DNA of 64,000 nt from Gammaproteobacteria bacterium. GTDB lineage: Bacteria > Pseudomonadota > Gammaproteobacteria > UBA9339. This document shows positions 7,913 to 18,116 of this stretch, piece after piece. The notes under the pieces are model-generated. The model was not told where the DNA came from and did not search any database. It was given only the letters and a program-made list of their open reading frames with translations. Location of the stretch: the NCBI GenBank assembly GCA_016936855.1, contig JAFGXA010000053.1:41620-105619 (forward strand). Direction: 5' to 3'. The stretch's first letter is position 1, and every line of letters starts with the position of its first letter. The position numbers and the translations under genes were made by a program.

Positions 7913-9046
7913 TTAGGTTGCTATAAATTGCGCGAAAAACTTTAATAATTGATCGATATCTGGCCTGTTTTTTGGGTCAGGAGAAATCATTTTATTGAGC
8001 AATTCATGGGTGAATTGACGATATTCTTCTGGAATTACTTTGCTGTTTAATATCCCAGAAAAATCTATATTAGTTTTATTAAGTTGCAGCATTAGATCTT
8101 TGCGCATCTCAGCGCGTTTTTTATCACTTATTTGCGATCTTTTCGTATATTTTAATTTTAACAATTTTTGCGCTAAATGCTTTCTCTCTCCTAGTATATC
8201 GGCTAACTTTAAGTCTAATATTTTTCCTAACAATGGAGCTAGGCAGTAGACATCAAAGCTTGCAGATATTATTTGCTTGTTATTGTTAATGCGAAAATCC
8301 AAATATTCTGGTGTGGCATATTCCCAGGTTATTGTGCCACCCTGCATAGTTTCTCCAATTTTTTGTACTCCCTCAAAATCAATTAGAGCAATACTATTGC
8401 TCTCCTTATCATATAAAAAATTGCCAAGTTTTAAGTCTCCATGGATATAATTTAATGCATGTATTCTTTTTAATTGTTGTAGACATAAAACAATAATATT
8501 GATCCTTTGTTGAAATTTAATTTTATTCTCGTTTAGGTAGGTTAAAAGGCTAATGCCTGGCAATTTCGGCATGATTATAAATGATGAATGGGTGCTTCCA
8601 ACGTTTTTAGTGATTATTAATTCTGGTAGTTTTATGCCATTTATTATTTGAATAAATGAGTGTTCTTTGCTTGATGATTTTGTTAGATGTTCGAGGTTGG
8701 TTCGGTTAAGACGAGCTTTTGCCACAAGATGTGTCTTTTCGATTTCAATGCTTGCTCCATTTATTTTTATTAATAGAGGGATGTTGTAGATGGTGGCTTT
8801 TTTCTGCGAGAACATTTCGGCGTCTAATACGCACCATGTTTTATTGTTTTTTTCGACAGATAATAAAGTCTCGTTTAGTTGTATGGATCTATTAAATTTA
8901 GTTTTGTATAAGTTTTTCTTTAAATAGCGATTTTTGTTGTTCATTAATAAACTAATCAGCGGTTTTGGGTTAGTAGTTAACCGCTGATCAGCGTTAAAGT
9001 CATATCGATAAACTTTATGCGTAATGTTAAATAGAGCTTTCAGCAT
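7913..9046 (-). CDS. Eukaryotic-like Ser/Thr protein kinase (candidate secreted effector)
   Basis: Catalytic loop YIHGDLKLGNFLY (HRDLKxxN-like), LIDFEG (DFG-like), TPEYL (APE-like), HLVAKA (candidate VAIK lysine), and subdomain XI-like SPDPKNRPDIDQLL. The start codon overlaps the last 20 nt of hldD. An alternative ATG lies at 8944. Confidence 0.7.
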   Translation of the reverse strand: MLKALFNITHKVYRYDFNADQRLTTNPKPLISLLMNNKNRYLKKNLYKTKFNRSIQLNETLLSVEKNNKTWCVLDAEMFSQKKATIYNIPLLIKINGASIEIEKTHLVAKARLNRTNLEHLTKSSSKEHSFIQIINGIKLPELIITKNVGSTHSSFIIMPKLPGISLLTYLNENKIKFQQRINIIVLCLQQLKRIHALNYIHGDLKLGNFLYDKESNSIALIDFEGVQKIGETMQGGTITWEYATPEYLDFRINNNKQIISASFDVYCLAPLLGKILDLKLADILGERKHLAQKLLKLKYTKRSQISDKKRAEMRKDLMLQLNKTNIDFSGILNSKVIPEEYRQFTHELLNKMISPDPKNRPDIDQLLKFFAQFIAT

Positions 9047-9983
9047 TTAGCCAATCCAAATACTGTTTTACACCTTGTTCTACCGAATTAAATTCGTGAT
9101 CAAAACCTTCTCTTCTCAGCTGTGTAATATCTGCTTCGGTAAAACTTTGGTAGCGACCCTTAAGTTGTTCTGGAAAATCAATGTAATGAATCTTACCTTT
9201 ACCGTGCCATGCTATTACAGCGTTAGCTACATCATTGAAAGTTTGGCTGTTACCTGTGCCAGCATTATAAATGCCACTACTACATGAATTTTGCCAGAAC
9301 CAGAGGTTAATGGCAGTAATGTCATCAACATAAACAAAGTCTCGACGCTGTTCTCCATCGTTATAACCATCTGTGCCTTTAAATAAGTTTAATACGCCTT
9401 TTTCTTTAATTTGATTATTAAAGTGAAAGGCAACGCTGGCCATGCTGCCTTTATGAGACTCGTGTGGGCCGTAAACGTTAAAGTAACGTAGCCCTACAAT
9501 TTGACAGTATCCATAAGATAGAAAGCGTCGTACATATTGATCGAAGAGTAATTTTGAATAGCCATACACATTTAATGGTTTTTCATTTTCAGGACTTTCT
9601 GCAAATGTTGTGCTGTTGCCATAAGTTGCAGCACTCGATGCATAAATAAACGGAATTTTATGTTTTATGCAATAGTGGAGTAAAATCTTACTATATTCGA
9701 AATTGTTTTCTAGCATATATTTCCCATTCCATTCAGTGGTGGCAGAGCATGCCCCTTGATGGAAGATTGCTTCGATTTTTTCTGGAAATTTCTCGTTATT
9801 TAATATTTTTTTCAAAAAGGCATCTTTGTCCTGATAGTCATATAGTTTGCAATCAACGAGATTGGCAAATTTAGTGCCATCGGTCATGTCATCGACCGCT
9901 AAGATATCTTCTCGACCTTTTTTGTTTAAACCAACGATTAAGTTGCTGCCAATAAAGCCTGCTGCCCCTGTTACTACTAACAT
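9027..9983 (-). CDS. hldD: ADP-L-glycero-D-manno-heptose 6-epimerase
   Basis: 318 aa SDR with VTGAAGFIGSNL and a YGYSK catalytic motif. Directly downstream of hldE. Confidence 0.9.
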   Translation of the reverse strand: MLVVTGAAGFIGSNLIVGLNKKGREDILAVDDMTDGTKFANLVDCKLYDYQDKDAFLKKILNNEKFPEKIEAIFHQGACSATTEWNGKYMLENNFEYSKILLHYCIKHKIPFIYASSAATYGNSTTFAESPENEKPLNVYGYSKLLFDQYVRRFLSYGYCQIVGLRYFNVYGPHESHKGSMASVAFHFNNQIKEKGVLNLFKGTDGYNDGEQRRDFVYVDDITAINLWFWQNSCSSGIYNAGTGNSQTFNDVANAVIAWHGKGKIHYIDFPEQLKGRYQSFTEADITQLRREGFDHEFNSVEQGVKQYLDWLNAESSI

Positions 9984-10017
9984 GTTTTTTCTCCTAAAAG
10001 TACTGTGCGTGTTTCAT

Positions 10018-10045
10018 AACGGGCGGATGAGTGGGTACGCCCGTT
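10018..10045 (-). other. Intercistronic GC-rich stem-loop between hldE and hldD
   Basis: AACGGGCG (10018-10025) and CGCCCGTT (10038-10045) form an 8-bp stem with a 12-nt loop. It overlaps the hldE stop codon. No U-tract follows on the minus strand, so it is not a classical terminator. Confidence 0.4.
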
Positions 10046-11465
10046 ACTGCTCTCTAATTTTGTTTATAATTCCCGTTGTTGAATTATCTTCAACGAAAGT
10101 TAAAATTTTCACTTCCCCGCCATTTTCTAATACGTGTTTGGCGCCAGCTATTTCTTCGACTTTGTAATCACCTCCTTTTACCAATATGTCCGGAGATATA
10201 TTCGTTATTATACGTTCTGGAGTATCTTCAGTGAAGGATACAACCCAATCTACAGCGCGTAATCCAGCGAGTACTGCCATGCGTTGTTCTAATTTGTTGA
10301 CAGGGCGATTTTCACCTTTCAATCTGGCAACTGATTCATCACTGTTCACCGCTATAATTAGTCGATCCCCCAGAGCTTTTGCTTCCTCCAAATATGCAAC
10401 GTGGCCGGCGTGTATGATATCAAAACAGCCATTGGTCATAACAACTTTTTTGCCGGTTTTTTTGAGTTCGGCAATTTCTTTTGCGAGTAAATCTTCTGAG
10501 ACAATGCCTTGCCATGAATCTTGCTCGATTTGTACGGCATGTCTTAATTCGGCTTCTGTTACGGTAGCGGCTCCAAGTTTTCTGACTACTCTACCGGCGG
10601 CTATGTTTGCCAGTTTTACTGCATTTTCAAGAGAGCAGTTTGCGCCAAGCGCAGCTCCCAAAGTTGCAATTACTGTGTCTCCAGCACCGGTTACATCAAA
10701 TACTTCACGCGCGTGGGTTGGGATGTGGAGCGCCGGTTGCTTCTCCTGAATTAAACTCATGCCTTTTGGTCCGCGGGTTACTAACAGTGCTTTTAGTTTG
10801 CACTTCTTAAGTAGTTGCAAGCCATTTTTTTCAACATCATTGTCATCATTGCAAGGTCCAACTACTGCCTCAAACTCTTTCATGTTTGGTGTTAGCATGG
10901 TTGCGCCTTTATAGATGGAAAAATCTGTGCCCTTAGGATCGATGATAATAGGAATATTTTGTTTGTTTGCGAGTTTTATTAATTCATTGGCGTGAGTTGC
11001 AATGCCTTTTCCGTAATCAGACAAAATAACTAAATTACAATTTAGTAGCTGCTCTTTATAGGCAGACATTATCATACCGTCTATATTTTGTGTTTGCTCT
11101 TCGAAGTCTAATCTCAGTAGTTGTTGGTGTTGGCTAATAACGCGTAACTTAGTAATGGTTGGAATTTCTTCGTTTATTTGTAAGCATTTCTCGATGTTAT
11201 CTTGTGTCAGTGCGGCGCTGAGTTCTGCTCCCGCTGTATCTTTGCCAATGGTTCCTAAGATAATAGTTTTTGCTCCTAGATCCGCAGTATTAAGAGCAAC
11301 ATTGCTGGCACCGCCTGGCTTGTTTTCTTGTTCGTTAATATGGACTACTGGAACTGGGGCTTCCGGAGAGATGCGTGATGTTGTCCCGTGCCAATATCGG
11401 TCGAGCATAACATCACCAACTACTAATACTTTAGCATCGCTGAACTTTGGTATGTTGATTGCCAT
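10044..11465 (-). CDS. hldE: Bifunctional D-beta-D-heptose 7-phosphate kinase / heptose 1-phosphate adenylyltransferase
   Basis: 473 aa. N-terminal PfkB-type kinase (DVTGAGDT) plus C-terminal cytidylyltransferase (TNGCFDIIHAGHVAYL). Confidence 0.95.
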   Translation of the reverse strand: MAINIPKFSDAKVLVVGDVMLDRYWHGTTSRISPEAPVPVVHINEQENKPGGASNVALNTADLGAKTIILGTIGKDTAGAELSAALTQDNIEKCLQINEEIPTITKLRVISQHQQLLRLDFEEQTQNIDGMIMSAYKEQLLNCNLVILSDYGKGIATHANELIKLANKQNIPIIIDPKGTDFSIYKGATMLTPNMKEFEAVVGPCNDDNDVEKNGLQLLKKCKLKALLVTRGPKGMSLIQEKQPALHIPTHAREVFDVTGAGDTVIATLGAALGANCSLENAVKLANIAAGRVVRKLGAATVTEAELRHAVQIEQDSWQGIVSEDLLAKEIAELKKTGKKVVMTNGCFDIIHAGHVAYLEEAKALGDRLIIAVNSDESVARLKGENRPVNKLEQRMAVLAGLRAVDWVVSFTEDTPERIITNISPDILVKGGDYKVEEIAGAKHVLENGGEVKILTFVEDNSTTGIINKIREQ

Positions 11466-11585
11466 AATTTTTGCATATTAACACGCAAAACGATAGCAAA
11501 CAAAGCGCTGGTGAGTTGCGTTGAAATTAGAAGTATTGTATAACCAGTAGTAGTGATTGAATAATAAATTGTTACTGAGAGTACG

Positions 11586-12080
11586 ATGCTAGATAAACGA
11601 GGGTTTAGGTTAAATATAGGTGTTATCATTATCAATGATAAGGGCGAAGTTTTTATAGGAAGGCGTCCTGGAAAATATGATGCTTGGCAATTTCCGCAAG
11701 GAGGCGTCGCTGATTTTGAAACCTTAGAAGAAACCATGTATCGTGAGCTTAAAGAAGAGGTTGGTCTAGATGCGGAAGACGTTGAGTTGCTGGGTGTTAC
11801 TAAAAAATGGCTTTATTATAGACTTCCTAGACGTTTTCTGCGTCGTAACCAGAAGCCACTGTGCATTGGTCAAAAACAAAAATGGTTTTTATTAAAACTA
11901 ATTGCAGATGAATCTCGTATTCGATTTGATGTAACAGAAAAGCCTGAGTTTTCAGGTTGGAAGTGGGTTTCTTATTGGTTGCCTATAGATATGGTTATTA
12001 GTTTTAAGAGAATGGTATACAAAAGGGCCTTAAAAGAGTTGTATCCCTTGGTAAGGAAACATACAAGAAATGACAAATAG
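11586..12080 (+). CDS. rppH: RNA pyrophosphohydrolase (Nudix)
   Basis: Nudix box in [28 protein letters not shown]. Length and context (upstream of ptsP) are as in other gammaproteobacteria. Confidence 0.9.
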   Translation: MLDKRGFRLNIGVIIINDKGEVFIGRRPGKYDAWQFPQGGVADFETLEETMYRELKEEVGLDAEDVELLGVTKKWLYYRLPRRFLRRNQKPLCIGQKQKWFLLKLIADESRIRFDVTEKPEFSGWKWVSYWLPIDMVISFKRMVYKRALKELYPLVRKHTRNDK

Positions 12081-14310
12081 ACTGCAGCGCATTATTGAAA
12101 AAATTACAGGTGCACAAGACTTGGCCGCTCTAGTTACTCTTTTATCTGAAGAAATTTTGTCGATAACGGATGCTGATAGTTGTTCCATATTTTTTACTGA
12201 TGATAATAATGGAGAGTATTTTTTAGTAGATAAGGAATTGCGCGCAAAATATGGCTTTGGTGTTTTATGGTCGGTTGCTTCCCGTATGGAGCTGATTAAC
12301 TTACCTGAAATAACTAGAGAGATTTTAACTGATAAAGCAAATAATTTCTTAGATAAAAATACTCGTTCTTTAGTGTGTGTTCCCATAATTAATCGTCGAG
12401 AGTTAGTTGGGATTTTGATGGTTGAAAGTGAAAAAGTTCATGGTTTTTCGGATGATACGGAAGCCTTTTTATTAACCTTAATCTCACAAATATCAGCGAT
12501 TATTGTTGAAGTTCGTGGTTCAGTAAGTAGTGGTAGACAGCAAAAATCAGTTTTAAAAGATGGTATGATTTTGCAGGGAATTCCCGCTGTTTCTGGTGTG
12601 GCGATTGGCAAGATTGCTGTCATTTATCCTCCGGCGCAGCTTGATAATGTTCCAGATAAAAAAGTTGATAACCCTAAAACCCAGATCGAACAATTTAATT
12701 CGGCGCTAAAAGATGCGTACAAAGAAATAAGTACACTTATTGATAACATTAAGGAGTCTTTAGCTAAAGACCAGGTTTTGCTTTTTGAAGCTTATTTGCA
12801 AATGTTGGAAGGAGATACTTTAAAAACGGAAGTTTACCAAGAGATCAGAAATGGTAATTGGGCTGAGGGTGCTTTGAGGCTAGCGGTGCAAACTTTAGCA
12901 GGACGCTTTGAAGCTATGGAAGATAGTTATTTGCGCGAGAGAGCGGGCGATGTTTGTGATTTGGGTCAGCGTATATTAAGTCATTTGCAAAGTAGAAATA
13001 GAGGTGGTGTTTCTTATCATAAAAAAACCATTTTAGTTGGAGAGGATATTGCGCCCGCCGATATTATTGCGGTGCCAAAAGATAGAATGGTTGGCATTAT
13101 TTCTTTTAAAGGTTCTAATAATTCACACACAGCAATTTTAGCTCGTTCTTTGGGTATTCCAACCGTAATGGGACTTGGTGGTGAGGTTGGCATAGGTAGT
13201 TTGGATGGAAAAGAAGCCATCATTGATGGTTATCAGGGAGAAGTATATTTATCTCCGAAAAAAGCCCTAAAACAAGAGTTTTTATTATTAACCAAGCAGG
13301 AAAAGGAGTTAACTAAAGAGCTTGAATCGATACGGAAATTGCCTGCTGTTACTAAAGACGGGCAGACAGTAAAATTGTTGGTTAATACTGGTTTGCCAAT
13401 AGATATAAATAATGCGCTTAAAATTGATAGCGATGGCGTTGGTTTATATCGTACCGAAATGCCATTTATGTTGCGTGAGAGATTTCCAACTGAAGAAGAG
13501 CAGTTTGTTTTATATAGGCAATTGTTGAAGATTTTTGCGCCGCGTCCAGTCGTGATGCGCACTTTGGATATTGGAGGGGATAAGTCTTTACCGTATTTTA
13601 CTATCCAGGAGACCAACCCATTTTTGGGTTGGCGTGGGGTTAGAATTAGTTTGGATCATCCTGAAATATTCTTAGTCCAAATTCGTGCTATGTTGCGCGC
13701 TAATATTGGTTTTAATAATTTGCGTATTATGCTGCCCATGATCAGCGCTTTAAATGAAGTAGAAGTGGCTTTGCAGTTAATTAGGCAGGCTCGTGATGAG
13801 CTTGCTGAAAAATATCCTGATATTGTTATGCCGCAAATTGGCGTTATGATAGAAGTGCCAGCTGCCGTTTATCAAGCGCAAGATCTAGCAAAGCGTGTTG
13901 ATTTTGTGTCAGTTGGTAGCAATGATCTAACTCAATATCTTTTGGCGGTTGATCGTAATAATACGCAAGTTGCTGGGCTTTATAATAGTTTACATCCAGC
14001 TGTGTTGAGGGCTTTAATGCAAACTGTGCATGCGGCTCATAAAGAAAAAGTCGAAGTGAGTATTTGTGGGGAAATGGCAAGTGATCCTGTTGCGATTATG
14101 TTGTTATTAGCAATGGGCTTTGATGCTTTGAGTATGAATGCCAATCAAATTTTAAGAGCAAAATGGTTAATTAGAAATATAAATATTTCACATGCCAAAG
14201 AATTACTTGAAGAGGTTACGCAGATGGATGATGCGTTAGAAATAAGGTATCGCATGGAGTCGGTTCTTGAGGAAGTAGGTCTTGCTGGGTTAATAAGAGC
14301 TGGAAGGTAG
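12070..14310 (+). CDS. ptsP: Phosphoenolpyruvate--protein phosphotransferase PtsP (EI-Ntr, GAF + EI domains)
   Basis: 746 aa. N-terminal GAF-like region, then EI motifs ([19 protein letters not shown] with the phospho-His, GSNDLTQY). Overlaps the rppH end by 11 nt. Confidence 0.9.
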   Translation: MTNRLQRIIEKITGAQDLAALVTLLSEEILSITDADSCSIFFTDDNNGEYFLVDKELRAKYGFGVLWSVASRMELINLPEITREILTDKANNFLDKNTRSLVCVPIINRRELVGILMVESEKVHGFSDDTEAFLLTLISQISAIIVEVRGSVSSGRQQKSVLKDGMILQGIPAVSGVAIGKIAVIYPPAQLDNVPDKKVDNPKTQIEQFNSALKDAYKEISTLIDNIKESLAKDQVLLFEAYLQMLEGDTLKTEVYQEIRNGNWAEGALRLAVQTLAGRFEAMEDSYLRERAGDVCDLGQRILSHLQSRNRGGVSYHKKTILVGEDIAPADIIAVPKDRMVGIISFKGSNNSHTAILARSLGIPTVMGLGGEVGIGSLDGKEAIIDGYQGEVYLSPKKALKQEFLLLTKQEKELTKELESIRKLPAVTKDGQTVKLLVNTGLPIDINNALKIDSDGVGLYRTEMPFMLRERFPTEEEQFVLYRQLLKIFAPRPVVMRTLDIGGDKSLPYFTIQETNPFLGWRGVRISLDHPEIFLVQIRAMLRANIGFNNLRIMLPMISALNEVEVALQLIRQARDELAEKYPDIVMPQIGVMIEVPAAVYQAQDLAKRVDFVSVGSNDLTQYLLAVDRNNTQVAGLYNSLHPAVLRALMQTVHAAHKEKVEVSICGEMASDPVAIMLLLAMGFDALSMNANQILRAKWLIRNINISHAKELLEEVTQMDDALEIRYRMESVLEEVGLAGLIRAGR

Positions 14311-14313
14311 ACG

Positions 14314-15105
14314 TTGATTATGTTGGTGATTTTGTATTGTTTTATTATAGGTGCATTTGCAGGTTCATTTGCTGGTCTTTTAGGAGTTGGTGGTGGTGTG
14401 ATTGTTGTGCCAATGCTGGCCTGGCTTTTTAAATATATTGGATTGCCAGCCGCTTATATTATGCATATGGCGACAGCCACAGCGTTGGTAATTATGGTTT
14501 TAACGGCATCATCATCTCTTTTTGCGCATATCAAAAAAGGCGCTAAATTTTGGTATATTTACAAGCAGCTTGGTATTGGAATTATATTTGGCACAATAAT
14601 GGGTGGTGTTTTTGCCCATTTTCTAAGCAGTGAAATATTGAAAATTATTTTTGCTATTTTTATGTTGTTAATGAGTGTGCGTATGCTTTTTGCTGTACAA
14701 AATAATCCTCATCGCTCATTGCCTGGTAGGGCCGGAATTTTTTCTATTGCAAGTGTTATTGGTTTGAAGTCTGGCATGTTGGGTATTGGTGGGGGAGCTA
14801 TCACTATTCCATTTCTGACTTATTGCAATGTGCCTTTGCGTGATGCTGTGATTACATCAGCGGCCTGTAGTTTAACTATTGCTATTATTGGCAGCATAAC
14901 GGTATTTATGACGGGCATGCATGCTGTTCACTTGCCAAAGCTTAGCTTGGGATATATTTATTTGCCTGCTGTATTTGGTGCTGGAATTGCAGCACTAATT
15001 TTTGCACAAATCGGCGCTCATTTTTCACATAAACTACCTGTTGAAATGCTAAAAAGAGTTTTTGGCGGAATTTTATTATTAATGGCAATAAAAATGTTAA
15101 TATAG
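14314..15105 (+). CDS. TauE/SafE (DUF81) family anion exporter membrane protein
   Basis: Polytopic protein with duplicated GVGGG/GIGGG motifs. The start is TTG 14314 or ATG 14320. Confidence 0.75.
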   Translation: MIMLVILYCFIIGAFAGSFAGLLGVGGGVIVVPMLAWLFKYIGLPAAYIMHMATATALVIMVLTASSSLFAHIKKGAKFWYIYKQLGIGIIFGTIMGGVFAHFLSSEILKIIFAIFMLLMSVRMLFAVQNNPHRSLPGRAGIFSIASVIGLKSGMLGIGGGAITIPFLTYCNVPLRDAVITSAACSLTIAIIGSITVFMTGMHAVHLPKLSLGYIYLPAVFGAGIAALIFAQIGAHFSHKLPVEMLKRVFGGILLLMAIKMLI

Positions 15106-15109
15106 TTTA

Positions 15110-15880
15110 ATGTTTGTATATCCACACATAAATCGCATAGCATTGCGTATAGGTCCTTTAAAAATTTATTGGTACGGCGTTATGTATCTTGTGGCGTTTG
15201 TTATGGCTTGGAGTTTGGCTCTTTATCGCAATAAAAAAAGTAGGCTTTTTACTAAGGAACAAATTTCTGATTTGTTGTTTTATTGTGCCATCGGGGTCAT
15301 TATCGGTGGGCGCTTGGGATACATGCTATTTTATGATTTGCCGAATTTTTTGCATCAGCCGTGGATTATTTTAAAAACGTGGGATGGCGGTATGTCTTTT
15401 CATGGCGGCTGCTTAGGCGTGGTAATTGCAATGTGGTTTTTTGCGCGAAAAACAAAAAATTCATTTTTTGCTATTGCTGATTTTGTGGCGCCTCTGGTTC
15501 CGTTGGGTTTAGGGGCTGGGCGCGTTGGTAATTTTATAAATGGTGAACTATGGGGTAGAGTGACTAATGTTCCGTGGGCAATGATTTATCCGCAGGCAGG
15601 GTTCAAGCCTCGACATCCATCAGAGATTTATGAGTTTTTATTAGAAGGTATTTTGTTGTTTCTTATTCTTTGGTTTTATTCATCTAAACCGAGAAAAAGC
15701 GCTAAAGTCTCTGGTATGTTTTTGCTGTTTTATGGGTTATTTAGATTTTCTGCCGAATTTTTTAGACAGCCTGATCCGCAGCTTGGGTTTATCGCTTTTG
15801 GTTGGTTGACTATGGGGCAGTTACTTTCTTTTCCAATGATTGTTCTAGGAATTTTTCTACTGATTTATCGAAAAAAATAA
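15110..15880 (+). CDS. lgt: Prolipoprotein diacylglyceryl transferase
   Basis: 256 aa membrane protein with YWYGVMY, GGRLGY and [13 protein letters not shown] motifs. Confidence 0.9.
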   Translation: MFVYPHINRIALRIGPLKIYWYGVMYLVAFVMAWSLALYRNKKSRLFTKEQISDLLFYCAIGVIIGGRLGYMLFYDLPNFLHQPWIILKTWDGGMSFHGGCLGVVIAMWFFARKTKNSFFAIADFVAPLVPLGLGAGRVGNFINGELWGRVTNVPWAMIYPQAGFKPRHPSEIYEFLLEGILLFLILWFYSSKPRKSAKVSGMFLLFYGLFRFSAEFFRQPDPQLGFIAFGWLTMGQLLSFPMIVLGIFLLIYRKK

Positions 15881-15895
15881 GTGGGTTCTTATGTG

Positions 15896-16351
15896 TCAGG
15901 TAAATTTTAGTTGGCGCCAAGCCTCGTAGAGAATTATGGCAACGGCATTGGATAAGTTTAGGCTACGAATATTCTTGCGCATGGGGATTCTGGCTATTAA
16001 TTCTTTTGGGGTTTTATCAAGGATTTCTTTTGGCAAGCCTCTTGTTTCAGGGCCAAATAATAAAAAATCATCAGATTTATAACTAATATTTGTGTAGGAT
16101 GTTGTGCCTTTGGTTGAGCAGGCAATGACTCTTTTCGGCTTTGCGTTGGATATAAACGCATCAAAGTTTTTATGCACAATAACTTGCGTTAAATCGCGGT
16201 AATCAAGGCCCGCGCGGCGCAAATTTTTATCATCAAGCTCAAAGCCGAGCGGCTTTATTAGATGAAGTTTAGCGCCGCTATTTGCGCATAATCTAATTAT
16301 ATTACCGGTGTTCGGTGGTATTTCCGGCTCGTACAGTACTATGTTTAGCAT
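15896..16351 (-). CDS. trmL: tRNA (cytidine34/cmnm5U34-2'-O)-methyltransferase TrmL (SpoU class)
   Basis: The N-terminus [26 protein letters not shown] is almost identical to E. coli TrmL. Confidence 0.9.
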   Translation of the reverse strand: MLNIVLYEPEIPPNTGNIIRLCANSGAKLHLIKPLGFELDDKNLRRAGLDYRDLTQVIVHKNFDAFISNAKPKRVIACSTKGTTSYTNISYKSDDFLLFGPETRGLPKEILDKTPKELIARIPMRKNIRSLNLSNAVAIILYEAWRQLKFT

Positions 16352-17123
16352 GTTTATCTATATTTTTGTCTTCTGCTTTTGTCTCTGCCTTATTGTCAGC
16401 TTTATCATGTTCAATTAATTCTTCTACGTAGGTATCTAGAGCTTCTTCTTTATCGCTTTGTTTAATTAGTTTTTGCTGTCTTTGCAAATAGGCATCTCTT
16501 ACAAAAATATAAGGATCAAATGCTTCATCTACTAATTTATCGGCTGGTAGTAGCTGCGCTCTCAGATCAACGTAGCGAGTAGCAAGTAATCCATACGCTA
16601 AAGTTTGGCTGTGTATTCGTGGGTACACTGTTAGGAATCTGTAGTTTATTGGATAAGCTACAGTATCGCGTATAGTGCTTGGTCCCAATAGAGGTATAAC
16701 AAAGTAGGGTGAGTTTTTAGCTCCCCAGTGGGCAAACGTTAAACCTAGAGTTTCATGGTGTGGTGGCAAATTAATGTGTTTTGCCATGTCAAATAAGCCG
16801 AAGAGACCGATGGTTGAGTTAACCAAGAAGCGACAAGTGTCTGCTATTGCATATTGGAATTTTGTTTGCAGAATATCATTTGCAACTGTTGGAATCATGT
16901 CTAGGTTATCGAAGAAATTTGTGACGCCTTCTTTAACTGGGTTTGGCACAATTGCATCGTAAACTGATGCTACTGGTCTCAGGGTTATATAATCTATGTC
17001 ATGATTGAATTTGAACATAGCACGATTATATCCTTCGTATGGGTCTAACTGATTGTCTGGTTTATTAGCGCAGCCGGCTAGAGTAGTGAGTGAAATCAGT
17101 GTTACTAAGATTTTTTTAAGCAT
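16302..17123 (-). CDS. mlaA: MlaA/VacJ outer-membrane lipoprotein with charged C-terminal extension
   Basis: Lipobox LTTLAGC and a core with the general look of the VacJ/MlaA family. The K/D/E-rich tail overlaps the trmL start by 50 nt. Confidence 0.8.
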   Translation of the reverse strand: MLKKILVTLISLTTLAGCANKPDNQLDPYEGYNRAMFKFNHDIDYITLRPVASVYDAIVPNPVKEGVTNFFDNLDMIPTVANDILQTKFQYAIADTCRFLVNSTIGLFGLFDMAKHINLPPHHETLGLTFAHWGAKNSPYFVIPLLGPSTIRDTVAYPINYRFLTVYPRIHSQTLAYGLLATRYVDLRAQLLPADKLVDEAFDPYIFVRDAYLQRQQKLIKQSDKEEALDTYVEELIEHDKADNKAETKAEDKNIDKHAKHSTVRAGNTTEHR

Positions 17124-17210
17124 TATCTATGTCTCCTTCTAAGCGGGCTTGATAATAGCATAGTTTCTTGGATTTAGGTATCATGCACATGAATTTTGTT
17201 GAGGCATTCT

Positions 17211-18116
17211 ATGTTGTTACTTAGAGATCTTTCCGATAAAACGTCTGGACCAATTGTTGCAACTCTGGGCAATTTTGATGGTGTGCACTTGGGGCACCGA
17301 GAAATTCTACATGCGTTGCAAGAGGTGAAGAAACGGAAAAGGCTAAATTCGGCGGTTATCCTATTTGAACCACAGCCAAGGGAATACTTTTTGGATACCA
17401 CAAGTGAGCGTTTAATGTCACTTAGGCAAAAAATTGAAATATTCAAAAAGTTTGATGTTGATATGGTTGTTTGTTTACGATTCAATGCGAAGTTGGCAGC
17501 CCTCAGCGCTAGAGAATTCGTTGAAAATGTTTTATTGCGCACATTGCATGTTGAGCACCTTGTGGTTGGTAGTGATTGCGCTTTTGGGTATAAAGGTACA
17601 GGTAATATTGCGCTGTTAAGAGAATATGAGAGGAAAGGCTCTTTAGTAACTGATGTTGTAGATGCAGTTTCTATTGATGGGGTAAAAGTAAGCAGCAGTC
17701 GAATCAAGCAGGTTTTGAAACAGGGCGATTTTGTATTAGCGCAAAAAATGTTGGGTATGCCTTATCGGTTGGGGGGTAAGGTTAGTCATGGAGATGAAAG
17801 AGGACGGCAGCTTGGTTATCCTACAGCGAATATTGTACTGCGATACAAGGTTTCTCCCTTAAGTGGGGTTTATTTCGGAAAAGTTATTCTTGAAAATGAG
17901 AGAGAACATTCTGGAATTGCTAATATAGGATATAGGCCGACCTTTGCTGTTGATAAACCTTTGTTGGAAATTCATATTTTAAATTTCAATCAAAACTTAT
18001 ATGGTCAAAAGATCTATATAGAATTTAGCCGTAAAATTCGTGACGAAATAAAATTTAATTCAAAGGATGAATTAATTTCGCAGATCGAAAAAGACCTTAA
18101 GCATACTACGCCATAA
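17211..18116 (+). CDS. ribF: Bifunctional riboflavin kinase / FMN adenylyltransferase
   Basis: LGNFDGVHLGH, plus a C-terminal riboflavin kinase region (GDERGRQLGYPTANI). The ATG at 17211 has GAGG 6 nt upstream; the ORF-track start at 17196 is TTG. Confidence 0.9.
   Translation: MLLLRDLSDKTSGPIVATLGNFDGVHLGHREILHALQEVKKRKRLNSAVILFEPQPREYFLDTTSERLMSLRQKIEIFKKFDVDMVVCLRFNAKLAALSAREFVENVLLRTLHVEHLVVGSDCAFGYKGTGNIALLREYERKGSLVTDVVDAVSIDGVKVSSSRIKQVLKQGDFVLAQKMLGMPYRLGGKVSHGDERGRQLGYPTANIVLRYKVSPLSGVYFGKVILENEREHSGIANIGYRPTFAVDKPLLEIHILNFNQNLYGQKIYIEFSRKIRDEIKFNSKDELISQIEKDLKHTTP

Noticed and set aside
10186-10749. 187-aa ORF on the plus strand
   Set aside because: It lies entirely antisense to the well-supported hldE gene. 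Its translation is low-complexity and Ser/Ala/Thr-rich with no motif, which is typical of a shadow ORF.
7913-11465. A functional link between the eukaryotic-like kinase and ADP-heptose metabolism (for example host ALPK1 signalling)
   Set aside because: It is based only on adjacency and probable co-transcription. Nothing in the sequence supports a biochemical connection, so only the co-transcription claim is kept as testable.
13233-13616. 127-aa minus-strand ORF inside ptsP
   Set aside because: It is antisense to ptsP with no motifs or SD.
17174-17707. 177-aa ORF on the minus strand
   Set aside because: It is antisense to ribF, whose product has all canonical motifs. No SD and no recognisable features, so I treat it as a shadow ORF.
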